NCBI GenBank assembly: GCA_013239625.1
Contig: MU056000.1
Span: 11,359,175 to 11,423,174, forward strand
Source: Lama guanicoe
Taxonomy: Eukaryota
Direction: 5' to 3'
Length of the DNA stretch: 64,000 nucleotides
The stretch's first letter is position 1; each line of letters starts with the position of its first letter. Under the pieces are notes generated by a model. It saw nothing but the letters and a program-made list of their open reading frames with translations. It was not told where the DNA came from and did not search any database. The translations under genes and the position numbers were made by a program. Below, one piece after another: positions 1-11,729 of the stretch.

Positions 1-9
1 TAAGATAAG

Positions 10-220
10 CAGTGAGTGGTTGACACGTGCTCAGCATCGGCCAGGCACCTGAACACAAGAGTGAACAAGACCTTCACTCTGCAGGGTGCTCTACCCCATT
101 GTAATTGAGGAGACGGTTATCTAAGTACACAATTGTCGATGTGCTGTCATGGGTGAAGTTCACAGTAGAGTACAGGGGACAGCTAACTATAGAGTTCTGT
201 GGGCAGACAGGAGAAGGAGC
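10..220 (-). mobile_element. L2 LINE 3' fragment (degenerate)
   Basis: 'ggccaggcacctgaacacaagagtgaacaagac' resembles the reverse complement of the L2 3' end; boundaries approximate. Confidence 0.5.
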
Positions 221-747
221 AACTCTCCTCGCCTAAGATGGATCAAAGAAGATATGTGCCAGGCTCATTCCCATTAAAACTGAAGTAAAAGGTCTTTTAG
301 GAGTCGCCCCATACCCTCTTGGGAGGAAAAAAGGCCACAGTGCTGACTGTGTCTCAGAGGTTCAGTGCATCATCATACAACACCACACGGATGAGCGTCA
401 AGTCCTTAGAATGCCAATTCCATTCTCCCTGCAAAACACACCCTCTGGGAGTTTCATTGGTAGGGTCATGAAGAAGTTGACCAACTCTAACCAAAGCAGA
501 GTATCTCTTCCCAAATGTCACTTCCAGCAATGGAAATCATTGAGTGTCATTAAGTTCTTTGACTGTTTCTTTGTTTTGTTTTGTTGAATTTCTAACCACT
601 GTACCACAGTCTTTGAACAAAGTTCTTTTTGAGTTTGTTAGGAAACAATGATTTTGAGAAGGGTTGTTGCCCACAGTAAGGAAGAAACACATTTTAATGA
701 TAGGACCTTATCCATTTTTATAAATTAATTGAAAATGCGAGAGGTAT

Positions 748-849
748 TATGTTCCTGTGCGACCAAAGTATTGTGCTGTACACCAGAAATTGATACAATA
801 TTGTAAACTGACTGTACGTCAATAAAAATATATTAAACTTTAAAAAAAA
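748..849 (+). mobile_element. Lineage-specific L1 3' terminus, heavily 5'-truncated
   Basis: 'gtattgtgctgtacaccagaaattgatacaatattgtaaactgactgtacgtcaataaaa' plus A-rich tail; nearly the same as the L1 end at 23163-23250. Confidence 0.85.
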
Positions 850-924
850 GGAAATGCAGGATGAACACATGATAAAACTGAGAATATGTTTGTTGTGAAG
901 GAGGTGCTGTCAAACAGAATATTA

Positions 925-2086
925 AAAGCAGAAAAAAAGTGAGACTCAACAAGTAGGACTCCATCAAATTAAAAAGCTTCTGCACAGCAAAGGGGGCCAT
1001 CAACAAAATGAAAAGGCGACCTATGGCATGGAAGGAAATATTTGCAAGTCATTTACCTGATGATGTTAATATTCAAAATGTGTAAAGAACTCATACAACT
1101 CAGTAGCAAAAGAAAAAAAATCTGATTAAGAAATGGGCAGAGAAACTGAATAGACTTTTTTCCAAAGAAGACATACAAATGGCCAACAGGTACATGAAAA
1201 GGTACCCAATATTACTACTCATCAGGGAAAAGCAAATCAAAACCATAATGAAATATCACCTCACATCTGTTAGAAAGACTATCATCAAAATGGTAAGAGA
1301 TGTGTTGATGAGGATGTGGAGAAAGGGGAACTCTTTCACACTATTGGTGGGAATGTAAATTGGTGCGACCATTAAGTGTGGAAGTTCTTCAAGAAATTAA
1401 AAGAGAGCTACCACTTCTGGGTATATATCCAAAGGAAATGAAAACAGGATCTCAAAGAGATCCCTGCACCATTATGTACATTATTTATTATTTATGTGGC
1501 ATTTTTCACAACAGCCAAGATATGGAAACCACCTAAGTTGTCTGTCAGCGGATAAATAGGTGAAGAAGATGTGTTAGATAAATACAATGGAATATTATTC
1601 TGTCTTAAATAAAAGAAATCCTACCATTTGCAACAAAGTGGATGGACCTTGAGGCCATTATGCTCAGTGAAATAAGGCAGACAGAGAAAAACAAAGATTG
1701 TATGGTATCACTTACATGTGAAATTTTGAAAGGCCAAGCTCATAGAAACAGAAATTAGAATGGTGGTTACCAGGCGCTGGGAAGATGGGGAGACACTGGT
1801 CACAGAGAACAAACTTGCAGGTATTGAATAGGTTCTGGGATCTGATACACAGCATAATGACTCTCATACTATATGTTGCCTATTGTATTCTTGAAGGTTG
1901 CTAAGAGAGCAGATCTTAAATGTTCTCATCACAAGAAAGAAAAGGTAACGTGTGATGCGATACAGATGCCAGCTAATGCTGTGGTGGTAACCACTTTGCC
2001 ATACACAGGTGTATCAAATCTTCCTGCTGTACGTCTTCAACTTTCACAGGGTTCTATGTCAATTATATCTCAGTAAAGCTGGGGGA
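925..2086 (+). mobile_element. L1MA-type (L1MA9-like) LINE: decayed ORF2 3' part and 3'UTR
   Basis: L1 motifs 'aaaagcttctgcacagcaaa', 'ggtgggaatgtaaattggtgc', 'aatggaatattattc'; terminus 'ttgctaagagagcagatcttaaatgttctcatcac...tatatctcagtaaagctgg'. Confidence 0.9.
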
Positions 2087-2414
2087 GGAGGAAGAAGAAG
2101 ATGGGCGTTTTTTGCTGCAGAATGAGTGATGTGAAAGCAGGTGGCAGGTCGGTGACAGGAATCCGCACTTTTCTGCAATAGGCATCACATGCTAAGGCTT
2201 GTCTTGCTTCTCAGTTTCCTGATGAAGGGAGACACAGTCCAAAAGAGGCAGAGGTGAGCAGTAACCTGAGCTCATCACAGAAAATAAGAATTTTCTATTA
2301 AGTGAATGACAGGCAGGCTTAGAGAATTCATGAAAGAAACAAACCAATACTAAAAAAAAAAAAAAAAAAGAGTAGAGAAGGACTAGTAACTAATATTGAT
2401 AGAACTCCTACAAG

Positions 2415-2580
2415 CCAGATTCATGGTGTAAATCATTCTCTTTGATCTTCACAACAAACTGAAGAGGCAGGGATTTTATCTTTATTTTGTAGATGAGAAA
2501 ATAACAACTCAATAAGGCGAAGTACACTGCCAGTGAGTAGAGAGGTGCTGAAGGTAGACTGGTGAGGCCGTATCTAAACA
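2415..2580 (-). mobile_element. MIR SINE fragment
   Basis: 'gatcttcacaacaaac...attttgtagatgagaaaa' matches the reverse-complemented MIR core. Confidence 0.7.
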
Positions 2581-2758
2581 CAGCCGGGTGTCCCTGGACC
2601 ACTGGGTTTGATGAGGCTGTGTGCCAGCTGTTATAACAAGATTTCATAAAGGTCTTAAGGCCAGTGTCTTCAGCAGCTCCTGCATCCAAACCTGATAGTA
2701 CACTTGGGTCAAATGGGTCTTATCAGAAGGTGCACATAAAAGCAACTATTTTCAGCAC

Positions 2759-3193
2759 TGTGTCAGTCAGAGCTCTCCAGAAAACTACAAACAGCTGGCA
2801 TCTGCTTATATACACACGTAGCCAATAGAGGTGTGTGTGTGTGTGTATGTGTGTGTAAAGGGATTTATTTTAAGGAATTGGTGCAAATGGTTTCAGGGGT
2901 CAGCAAGTCCAAAATTCATAAAGCAGTTCAGCAGCCTGCAAACTCAGGCAGGAGGTGATGTTGCAGTTTAAAGGCAAAATTTCTTCTTTTGGGGAAACCT
3001 CAGGTTTTGCTCTTCAGAACTTCAACTGTTTAGATGAGCCCCACCTACCTTATCTAGGGTGATCTCCACTGCTGAAAGTCAGTTTAACCACGTCTACAAA
3101 ATACCTTCACAGCAATACCTAGATTCGTGTTTGATTAAATTCTCAAGTACCTTCGCCTAGCCAAGCTGATATATAGAGCTAATAACCATCACA
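2759..3193 (-). mobile_element. MLT2 (ERVL) solo LTR with internal (TG)n
   Basis: Starts 'tgtgtcagtcagagctctccagaaaa', contains 'gatttattttaaggaattgg', ends 'taaccatcaca' (reverse complement of the MLT2 start tgtgatggtta). Confidence 0.85.
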
Positions 3194-3829
3194 AGGAACT
3201 TGAGGCATTGCCACTTATCAGAATACAGAATAGTAACTTAAAGGTTAAGGCCATAGGACTATTATACAGTTACAAAGCAAGCCACATGTATGGACAACTT
3301 TTAATGGAAAGCTAATTCAAAATGGTGTATAAAAAAGAATATCACTGGTCCAAAAATGTTGCTTTCATTCCAATAAGAAAAGACAAGACTATTTCTAGAA
3401 CAGTGTAAAGAATTTCCTTCACTGTAGGTTTTTGTTTATCAATGGATGCAGGATCCTCCGCTTGGGTATACAGTGAAGAAAGTAAGCCAGGGTTTTGAAA
3501 CATTCTTTCCTGGCATTAGAAATATTCACTGAAGGGAGGGGTGCAGAAGATTTTAAGTTAAAATGGTGGACATAATAACTCCATTCCATATTTGTGAGTT
3601 TAGCTTGCCAGCTGGTTACTAATATGTTATGAATACATTTGATGCATTTGAAGCTTTTGATGAACTTTTTGAGAGGGTTATATGTATCTTCATTCTATCC
3701 ATGAAATGCAGAGATGTTGGGGACTTCAAGTTAATAAGGCTTAGTCTGATGGGATATTCTTCACCTCAGTAGAGAAAAAGAGGGCAAAGATGACAGAGGC
3801 CACACACATGACTCAGTTCCCCCAATTCC

Positions 3830-4613
3830 CACCTTCCCCTCACACCTCCCATTCCATTCATGGACAAGTCCACTTGGCTCTGCCTCCAAAATCTGTGTTG
3901 AATCTGAGTACTTCTCACCACCTCCTCTATGAGGACCACTCAAGAGGCCATCATCTCACCCCTTCTTTAGATCTCATCTCCTCTGCTCTGACCCCAAATG
4001 GTCCATTTTCCATCCAGCAGCCAGAGTGAAGTTTTGGAAGCATAGACAGATCATATGAGGTCCCTTCTTAAAACTGATCCAGTCAAGGTGAAATCCACGC
4101 TCGTCAGCATGGCAGGGGGGGTCTGTATGGTCTCGCCCACCTGTAAGTCCACATCTGTACCCTTATGTCTGACTGTTAGCCCCGTTCCCTGTCATCCAGC
4201 CGTTCATCTCTCTGTCTCCCTTGACCATGCTAAGCCTGGTCCCAGCCCAGGGCATCTGCACTGGTTCTTCCTTTTTCTTGAATAGTTTTCCTCCAGACTT
4301 TTACTGGGCTCTCTCCTTTGGGTTTCAGCTTAAACATCTCCTCCAAGTGTCCTCCTCAGCACTCCCTGATAAACCAGCACTACCCTCACCTCTGCCAAGT
4401 CATCCTTCAGCGAATTACTTTGTTTTTATCTTAGTATTTACCTGTGTCTGAAATCATGTTGTTTAATCAGGTGGTGGATTTCATGTCTGTCACTCCTTGG
4501 GAGAAAGTGATACCCTTGAAGACACAAACTTTGTCTAATTCTTACTGTAACCTCAAAGCCTTGACCTGTATGTAACTAGCAGACACTTGATGAATATCCG
4601 TGGACTGGCTGAC
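3830..4613 (+). mobile_element. L2 LINE 3' region
   Basis: 'ctctgcctccaaaat...cttctcaccacctcc', 'cagcagccagagtga', ending in a degenerate L2 tail. Confidence 0.8.
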
Positions 4614-5648
4614 TTCTAGCGGTTTTATGCTCAGACTTTGGAAATCAGCCACTTAAAAATATTTAACCAACATTTTATCCCTAAATATACCACAAGTATA
4701 ACCTTGACCTCCTAATCTCATGGATACTTATCTATGTAGCAATGGGTTTGATTCAGATAAAATAGATCTTGGTATTTCCCGTAATCACTTTGTCCTCTTC
4801 TTGAAAACAACACTATCTTGCCCATGCATTTAAAGAAGAAGGAGGAGGAGGAGAAGAAGACGAGAAAATCTGTAGCAAATGAGTAGTTGAATGAAACTCA
4901 GTTAATTTGCGTGAATCCAAGCGTAGATTATCTTGCCATAAATTTCATATTGAATTTGGGGGTTGACATTGCATATTATGCTCAATTAAATATTCTTTGC
5001 TTCTCAAAGTTCTCTCTTTTGCTCACTTTCCCTTCCTCTTGCCCCTCTGTCTCCTTCTCTCTTTCTCTCTCTGCAACTCCATCAGTGTTTCAGGATGTCA
5101 CATTTCATGCAACCCTAAATGGGAAAATTCACTAGATGATCTTTACCTCTCTCCAAAAGCTTTCATATTTTCCTTAAAAATTAATAAGGCAGATGAATTT
5201 TAATATCATCTGTTTCACCTGCTCCTGCATCTCACTTCACTTCCTGCATCCACAGACGTGTCTCTGGACCAGGGCAAGGGTACCATATGAGGGAGAAGTC
5301 AGTCACTCCAGTAGTTGTGCAGGGGGTCACCCAAAAGGGAACCACCATGTTGGAGAAACAGGACTTGGACATTCCATAGCAGCCCACTAGAACATTCCAT
5401 ACACATCCTTAGTGTCACTCAAAGAAGAAACCGTCAGCCACTTCAACAGAATGGTGACAGTGCTTCGTTCTGAAACAGACATCACTCATAGTTATTTGTG
5501 ACTGTTTCTTCTAACCCAAATATTCAAACTGTTGATTTTATACTTCAGTGTTCTCTGTTAACACTGGAGTGTATTTTTCAACATTTTGTATTACAGCATT
5601 CTTATTCAACTTTTCCACATTTACAATAAGATTTTAAAAGTTAACTAT

Positions 5649-5926
5649 TGTATTAGTTTGTTGGGCTGCCAAAACACAGTACCACAGGCTGGGTGACTTA
5701 ACCAACAAAAACATATTTTCTCACAATTCTGGAGGCTTAAGTCCAAGACCAAGATGTCAGCAGGGTTGGTTTTTTCTGAGGCCTCGCTCCTTGGCTTAAA
5801 GACGGCCACCTCCTACTGTGCTTTCACAAAAGACCCTGTCTCCAGGTACAGTCACAGCCTGAGGTATTAGGGGTTAGGAATTCAGTATATGAATGTGGGG
5901 GTGAGGTCACAACACAACTCACAACA
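5649..5926 (-). mobile_element. MLT1A/B-type MaLR solo LTR, internally deleted
   Basis: 'tgtattagtttgttgggctgcc...ttttctcacaattctggaggc...aagtccaagaccaagatgtcagcaggg'; shorter than the related copy at 11374. Confidence 0.85.
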
Positions 5927-7514
5927 ACGTATAGACACTCTAATAGAGAAGCATCCTGTTCTAAATTCCATAGTGTGACTCAACGTCTGTGAGCCAGTGA
6001 GGAGGGACCATACCTCTTTTAGGTTCTGAAATTTCACTCTTCCCAAATAGAAATCTTTTTGAATTTAATAACTATAAATAATCCATACTCTGGAGTTATA
6101 ATAAAATATCTTATTAAATATAGGAGAATATTGTATTAAGATATACATTGTCAATTTTTATGAATTTCAAGAATTTTAATAAATTTAGCTTAAGATCTTT
6201 CTAAGGACCACATTTTCAGTCTGGGCTCATGTAAGATCTAATTATGAAGGTCTTTGAGGAAACCATATCATCATAGCCGTTGAGGAGTTTTATAAATAGT
6301 CAGTGCAGGGTCCCAAAGGCCCTATTTGACACTTAAGGTTACTGAGTATCAATCACAATCAATTCCAGGAGAAAATAATCCATTCAAGGAGAAAAAAAAA
6401 AGTTTATTTAATCATAGGATTTTAAAAAGAAAGCTGAGTTCTTTATGATAACGTAAGTATTTCATGGGATTTACTTAATCATTCTTCTGTGAGTGATTAA
6501 AAGTAGATATCTTAGCTTTTATTAATTTTAAATTGGAAAATGAGTTGGGTATTAAACGAGATGGAAGACCCACCTTCCTTTTCGGGCTATGAGGAACTAG
6601 GGAGAGAAAAGTGAAGACTGATTTTTGTCCTGCAGCCCTCTTGTTTGTTTCTTGAGTTGACCTGCATTAAAAAAAAAAAAAAACCCTCATAATCACAGTA
6701 TCAAACTTGACGAGTGATGAAGTTGGTCGGGATCATCTGACCCAAGCCCATACCTATAGGCACAGTAACTAGACCCAGGAAAGGCAAAATGACTTCACTG
6801 CAGATTGGATGATGTAACAAAAATATTTAAAGCTTAAAAATAAGCCTATTTCACTTGTCCCAATCACCCTCCAGCTTGCCTGTTTATAGGCTCCATAAGC
6901 TCGTTGTTTTTGTTCTCTGTGAAAGTCTTTCACTTTGCTGCTTGTTATTTCTTCAGTCAAAGCAGAAGAATTAACTTCCCAAACACTCCCACTTAATGGA
7001 TGATTCATCTCTAAAGTACCTTCCTGTGTATCTGCTTAAATGAGCTTTGACAAATGTAAATACAAAAACCAAAATAAAATCTCTGGCATAGCCTAAAAAA
7101 AATAGAGTAAATCACTTAAAAAATAAATTACTGTTTTAAAATGGGTTGGAAATGAGAGAGTTAGCACAGGATGGGAAGGAGTTTAAAGATTGTGAGTGGA
7201 GACTGGCATTGGGACAGCACCGTGGGTTGACCTTCTGCGCTGGGGCTCATTTGAGAGGGTGGGTGTTCTGATAATTATCAAGTGGGGACATCAGGTATAA
7301 AATAGGGCTTTGCCCAACACCTGGGATACATGGTCACCCTACGCATTAGGAAGATTTAGCCCAGCACAGATCTGTGGGATGGAAGGGACCAGTCATGGAT
7401 TGGTAAGCATGTCTCACAAATACACGAGCTAAAGGAAGTGTGGGCTGACCTGCGTCCAGAAGCAGCTCTCCCCTGGGACAGGTGACAGAAGCAGCCTAGA
7501 GCGAGGGGGACAGT

Positions 7515-7620
7515 GATTTGCTGTGTGACTTTCCCAGTCCCCTTGTCTGGACCAAAGCTGCCCAACTGTCAAATGTGTTCTGTCCTGTGAGGGTCCTTCC
7601 ATTTCTAAGTCTATGACATG
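7515..7620 (+). mobile_element. MIR/MIR3 fragment
   Basis: 'tttgctgtgtgacttt...ctgtcaaatg...gtccttccatttctaagtctatga'. Confidence 0.5.
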
Positions 7621-7653
7621 ATAGCATTTCTAAAAAGTAAACAACAACAACAA

Positions 7654-7719
7654 ATATATATGTATGTGTGTGTGTGTGTGTGTATTTTATATATAAATAT
7701 ATATATATATTTATATATA
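7654..7719. repeat. Compound (TA)n/(TG)n microsatellite
   Basis: Directly visible. Confidence 0.95.
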
Positions 7720-7802
7720 AAATAATGAGAAACAAAAGGTGAACATTCTGGCACATGGAGTTAGGTCACCTTACCACCCAGCCTTTAGAGATACCCCCAC
7801 TG

Positions 7803-7828
7803 ACACACACACACACACACACACACAC
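7803..7828. repeat. (AC)13 microsatellite
   Basis: Directly visible. Confidence 0.95.
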
Positions 7829-8518
7829 TTCACTCGACACATGTTCTGTGAGTGCTGGGATGGAGAAGGCCCTCGAAGTGGGAGGACTGTGTTCTGGAAA
7901 CCCCAGAGAGCTGGCCCAGAGAAGGACGTGCCCTGCCGATGGAGAGGAAAAAGCAGCTTCAGTAACCAGCAGGCAAAATTCATTTCATTTGGATGAAACG
8001 CAGGCCAGAGTGTTTAAATGGCATTTTCTGACAATCCTAACTAGTCAGCATTCCTGATGAAGGGAGTTAAATTGCAAACCGGTTTTAGTCAAATTCCCCT
8101 AACTGCAGGGACTTACTTACTTTTGCCTCAAACCCGTTTTCTTTTTCCATCTCTGAAGAAGGTGCCATAAATTGAGCTTCCAAATTCTCAAGATCTTTTC
8201 CAGAAATAACTCCCACTTATTTCTTGTAATCACAATATCCCCAGATGTCTAGCAGCGAGGTACCCCCGCAAAACACTTCAGAGCAGTATCTTTGCCAGTG
8301 GTGGGGAAGTGACCCCTGAGCCTAGCTGAGCGGATCAACATTACAGCACGATCCACTCTGAATTCACATGTCGTCCAGAGCTGGAAATTGTTGGGCTCGT
8401 CCGCTCGGTAAAAGCAAAGACCCAGCCACCAGCTGCGGAGGACTGACTGACTGCTCCGTCTCCCGGTGACCACAGCCCAGGATTTGGCAGTTGAGACAAG
8501 ACGGCCGTTCCAGGTCCG

Positions 8519-8537
8519 TCAGCAGTAGGGGGCACAT
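8519..8537 (+). promoter_or_regulatory. CTCF motif in a CpG-rich patch
   Basis: tcagcagtagggggcacat fits the CTCF core CCASYAGRKGGCRS except at its first C. Confidence 0.55.
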
Positions 8538-9810
8538 CTGTGCTGGAAATTACTCACACGCTCCTCAGGATCGGATAATTTATTTTCCTTTTTTTTTCCA
8601 GACAAGCTGAAATATGTGTGTGGAAGTGATCTAGCCCCTTGCCTGCTTCCTGTGGAGTCCGCAGTGGGCATTTTTCTTTAGATTTCCTTCGTTGTCTTTC
8701 TCAGCATCGTATCAAATTCTGAAGCTCCCCTCCAGGCCAAGGGTTCTGTTTACCAAGTCTTTGTATTTCAGGGAAAGAAAATCAACTCCTGAATTTATTT
8801 AAAATATATTTCCAGCTGTCAGTCCCTCCATATCCAGCCATGTCCCTCTGATGGTCAGTGGTAGTATTCCCAGACCCCCTTCCTCAAGCTCACCCTGGAC
8901 TTGCCCCTTCCGCATCTTCAGTGGACCCCGTGGGCGTGGCTACGGATCCCCCACAGTATAACCCCAGTATCCTGGGGTCAGACCGTACCTATTAGAGTGA
9001 AAGAGGGCAGGCTGGGCCCTGAGAGTAGTGATGGCCAAGACAGAGCCTCGGACCCTTCTCTTGCCCTAGTCAAACGCAACACATGAAGAAACAATGACAG
9101 CTTGATAAATTATGATATGAGAGAGATTTGTCCCAAGTGGCCCAGTGGTGATTCCCTTCGCATGAGTTTCCCTTGTAAGTGGAAGCTTGGATGCTCCACA
9201 CAAGCAAGGACTTGGGTGATTTTATACTCTGCTCTTGCCAGTTCCTGCAGGGCTCCTGACGCACAGTAGGGACTCCAGGTGTGGAACTAATTACAGCACA
9301 ACTTGCGAGCTTGTGTTTTGTTCTGCTAACCACTACCCTTCAGAATTCATATGGGCACCTCTTAAAAAGTCTGCCTTCATTAACTGTATCATTTTGCCCG
9401 TCCTGGATTTCTGAAGACAGCTGGCTAGCATTTTCACCTAATAAACCATCCAAACCCCAGCCGTTTCCTTTAAGTGGAACTCACTGAAGAGGTTGCTCGA
9501 CCTTCCTGTTAAACCGTCATCGTGGATTTAACAGTGCAGAAGTATTTTCTTGCTAGTGGGCAGCCTGTAACTGTCATCATGTGAAGTTGCTATACTTAAC
9601 CAAATGTGTATCAGTGTGTCCCTGTCACAAACGTCTGTATAATTGCATAGTCTATGGCCAGATGATGAATGCATATTTGGGGGATGGCTTATGCAGATGG
9701 TGACTTGAATGTTGAACGTCAGAACTGCCTGTGGGAAATCCTCATCCTTCAGAGCTTTCGGGCTGCCACAAAGGCCGCCCTCCCCACTTCCCTTGATCAG
9801 GCCACCTTCA

Positions 9811-10020
9811 CGGTGGTTAAGAGCTTGGGATCTGGACTGGAATCCTAATTGCTAACCCTCCTTAAAATTCACTTCCTCCTGAGGAAAAAAAAAAAAAAGT
9901 GGCCACCAATAGAATTGACTCCATAAGGCTGTTAGGCAGATTAAATTTGATAGGTAAATAAAGATTTTAGCACAGGGCCTAATACAGAGTGAACACTCAA
10001 TAATTGTTAGCCATTAATAT
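9811..10020 (+). mobile_element. MIR SINE
   Basis: 'gtggttaagagcttgggatctgga' head and 'cactcaataattgttagccatt' tail. Confidence 0.8.
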
Positions 10021-10914
10021 TATTATCTCTAGAGTCTCAAAGAACTCTCAAAGAATATTGAAATAATCATGCATGCACATACATGCTTGATGCTCCTAGA
10101 AAGCTCAAATCATTTTAAAGAAAAAAAAAACAGTTTTAAACTTTTTGAAAGAAGGGCAGTAGCCAGGCTACCATACAAGGGGAGAGGGACTGCAATTATT
10201 CAATTAAACAGTGAGCAGAACTGAGGTATTAACTTGAAATGGAAGGGCAAAGGAGGAGGAAATGGGTGGCTTGAAAAAATTTTTATTTTGCATAAGTGAA
10301 GAAATGTTAGCACGTCCATTTGAAACACAGTATCTGAGTATTACAGTATTTTATCAGCCAAAGCTGCAAATCTTGACTTTTCCTCCCAGTATCATAAATA
10401 ACACACGTCTTTTGAGTGTGCAATGTTGAGTCTGGACTCCCCGAATTTAGAAACACACTGTATTTTGCTGCAGAGTTTAGCAAATACTCTAGTCTATTGT
10501 AGTATAATATATGTATTTTTTAATTTAAATACATATCAGTAAGGAAATCAGACAGTAATGGTCCATTGTTTTCATTTTATGCAGAAAATAAGAGGGAAAT
10601 ATTTCATATTGAAATGTATGTCTTACTGCTTAATGTTTTCTAAATATCCCTACAGTTAATATTAAGGTGAATAAACATGCATCATTGAATAATAATTATC
10701 AACAAGCCTTATTTAATATTAAAAAGAATAAAACATGGAATACAAATTTGAACAATTAATGTGAATACCGTGATTGCAAATTTTATTTGCCTCATTAGTT
10801 TATCTGCCTTGGATTCGTTCAGTGAAAACTGTGATGTTGTTCGGGGTTCAGCTGCCACTATATTTTTCTTTTATATCACATATCAAAACTGGAATGAAAT
10901 AATAAATGGTATTG

Positions 10915-11060
10915 ATGTTTGTTTAATACTTCTCCATCTCTTCACAATGCTGGAATTCAAGAGGCAGGTCTATCTTGCTTTTTTTGGATGTCCATGACTT
11001 AAGCGCAGTTCTTGAAACGTAGCAGGCATTTAATTGATACCTTGCAAGTAAAATGACCAA
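10915..11060 (+). mobile_element. L2 3' end fragment
   Basis: 'gaggcaggtctatcttgc...gcagttcttgaaacgtagcaggcatttaat'. Confidence 0.55.
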
Positions 11061-11169
11061 ACAAGATATTCATATGGAAATATTACATTTGCATTTTAAC
11101 CCTTTCCATCTTTCCTAACAAAAGAAAATACAAAAATTGATCCTTGGGCAAAATTTTTTTAAATTGTAG

Positions 11170-11365
11170 AACTATCTCTAAATTGATAACTCACAAGCGT
11201 ACAAGAAATTATGGTCCTCACAATCATTAACCGTGCTACTGGTAGTGGTTGCTTCTATGGTGGGATGCAAAGATAAGATAGGCCATGGGCTTTGTGCTCT
11301 CCACTGTACATTCATTACAAGGACATTTTTTGCTGTAAGCTAGTGTTCTGTTGCAATAAATTTTT
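11170..11365 (+). mobile_element. Old L1 (L1ME-like) 3' end fragment
   Basis: 'tagtggttgcttctatggtggg...ctccactgtacattc...gcaataaa'. Confidence 0.45.
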
Positions 11366-11373
11366 AAGGTATA

Positions 11374-11729
11374 TGTATTCGTTTGCTCCGGTTGCCATAA
11401 AAAGTACCATAAACTTAGTAGCTTAAATAACAGAAATTTATTTTCTCATGGTCCTAGAAGCTGGAAACATCAGCAGAGTTGGTTTCTTTTGAGGCATCTC
11501 TTCTTGGCTTGCAGATGCCACGTTCTCCTTGTGTCTTCACACGGTCTTCCCTCTTTGTGTGTCTGCCTCCTAATCTCTTAGAAGGACACCAGTCATCCTG
11601 GTTTAGAGCCCACACTAAGAATTCGTTCTAACTTAATCACCTCTTTAAAGATTCTGTCTCCAAATACAGTCGTATTCTGAGGTACTGTACTTGAGGATCT
11701 GCGGGGGAGATACAGTTCAGCTTGTAACT
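11374..11729 (-). mobile_element. MLT1B-type MaLR solo LTR
   Basis: 'tgtattcgtttgctccggttgccataaaaagtaccataaact...aaggacaccagtcat...aacttaatcacctctttaaag...tctccaaatacagtc'. Confidence 0.9.

Noticed and set aside
6713..6745. C/D box snoRNA (GTGATGA...CTGA)
   Set aside because: The boxes are only about 17 nt apart with no convincing terminal stem.
7214..7235. REST/RE1 site (also near 33190)
   Set aside because: The left half CAGCACC is present but the GGACAG right half is absent.
7664..7828. (TG)n...(CA)n inverted pair as a structural element
   Set aside because: Common microsatellites; their complementarity is trivial.
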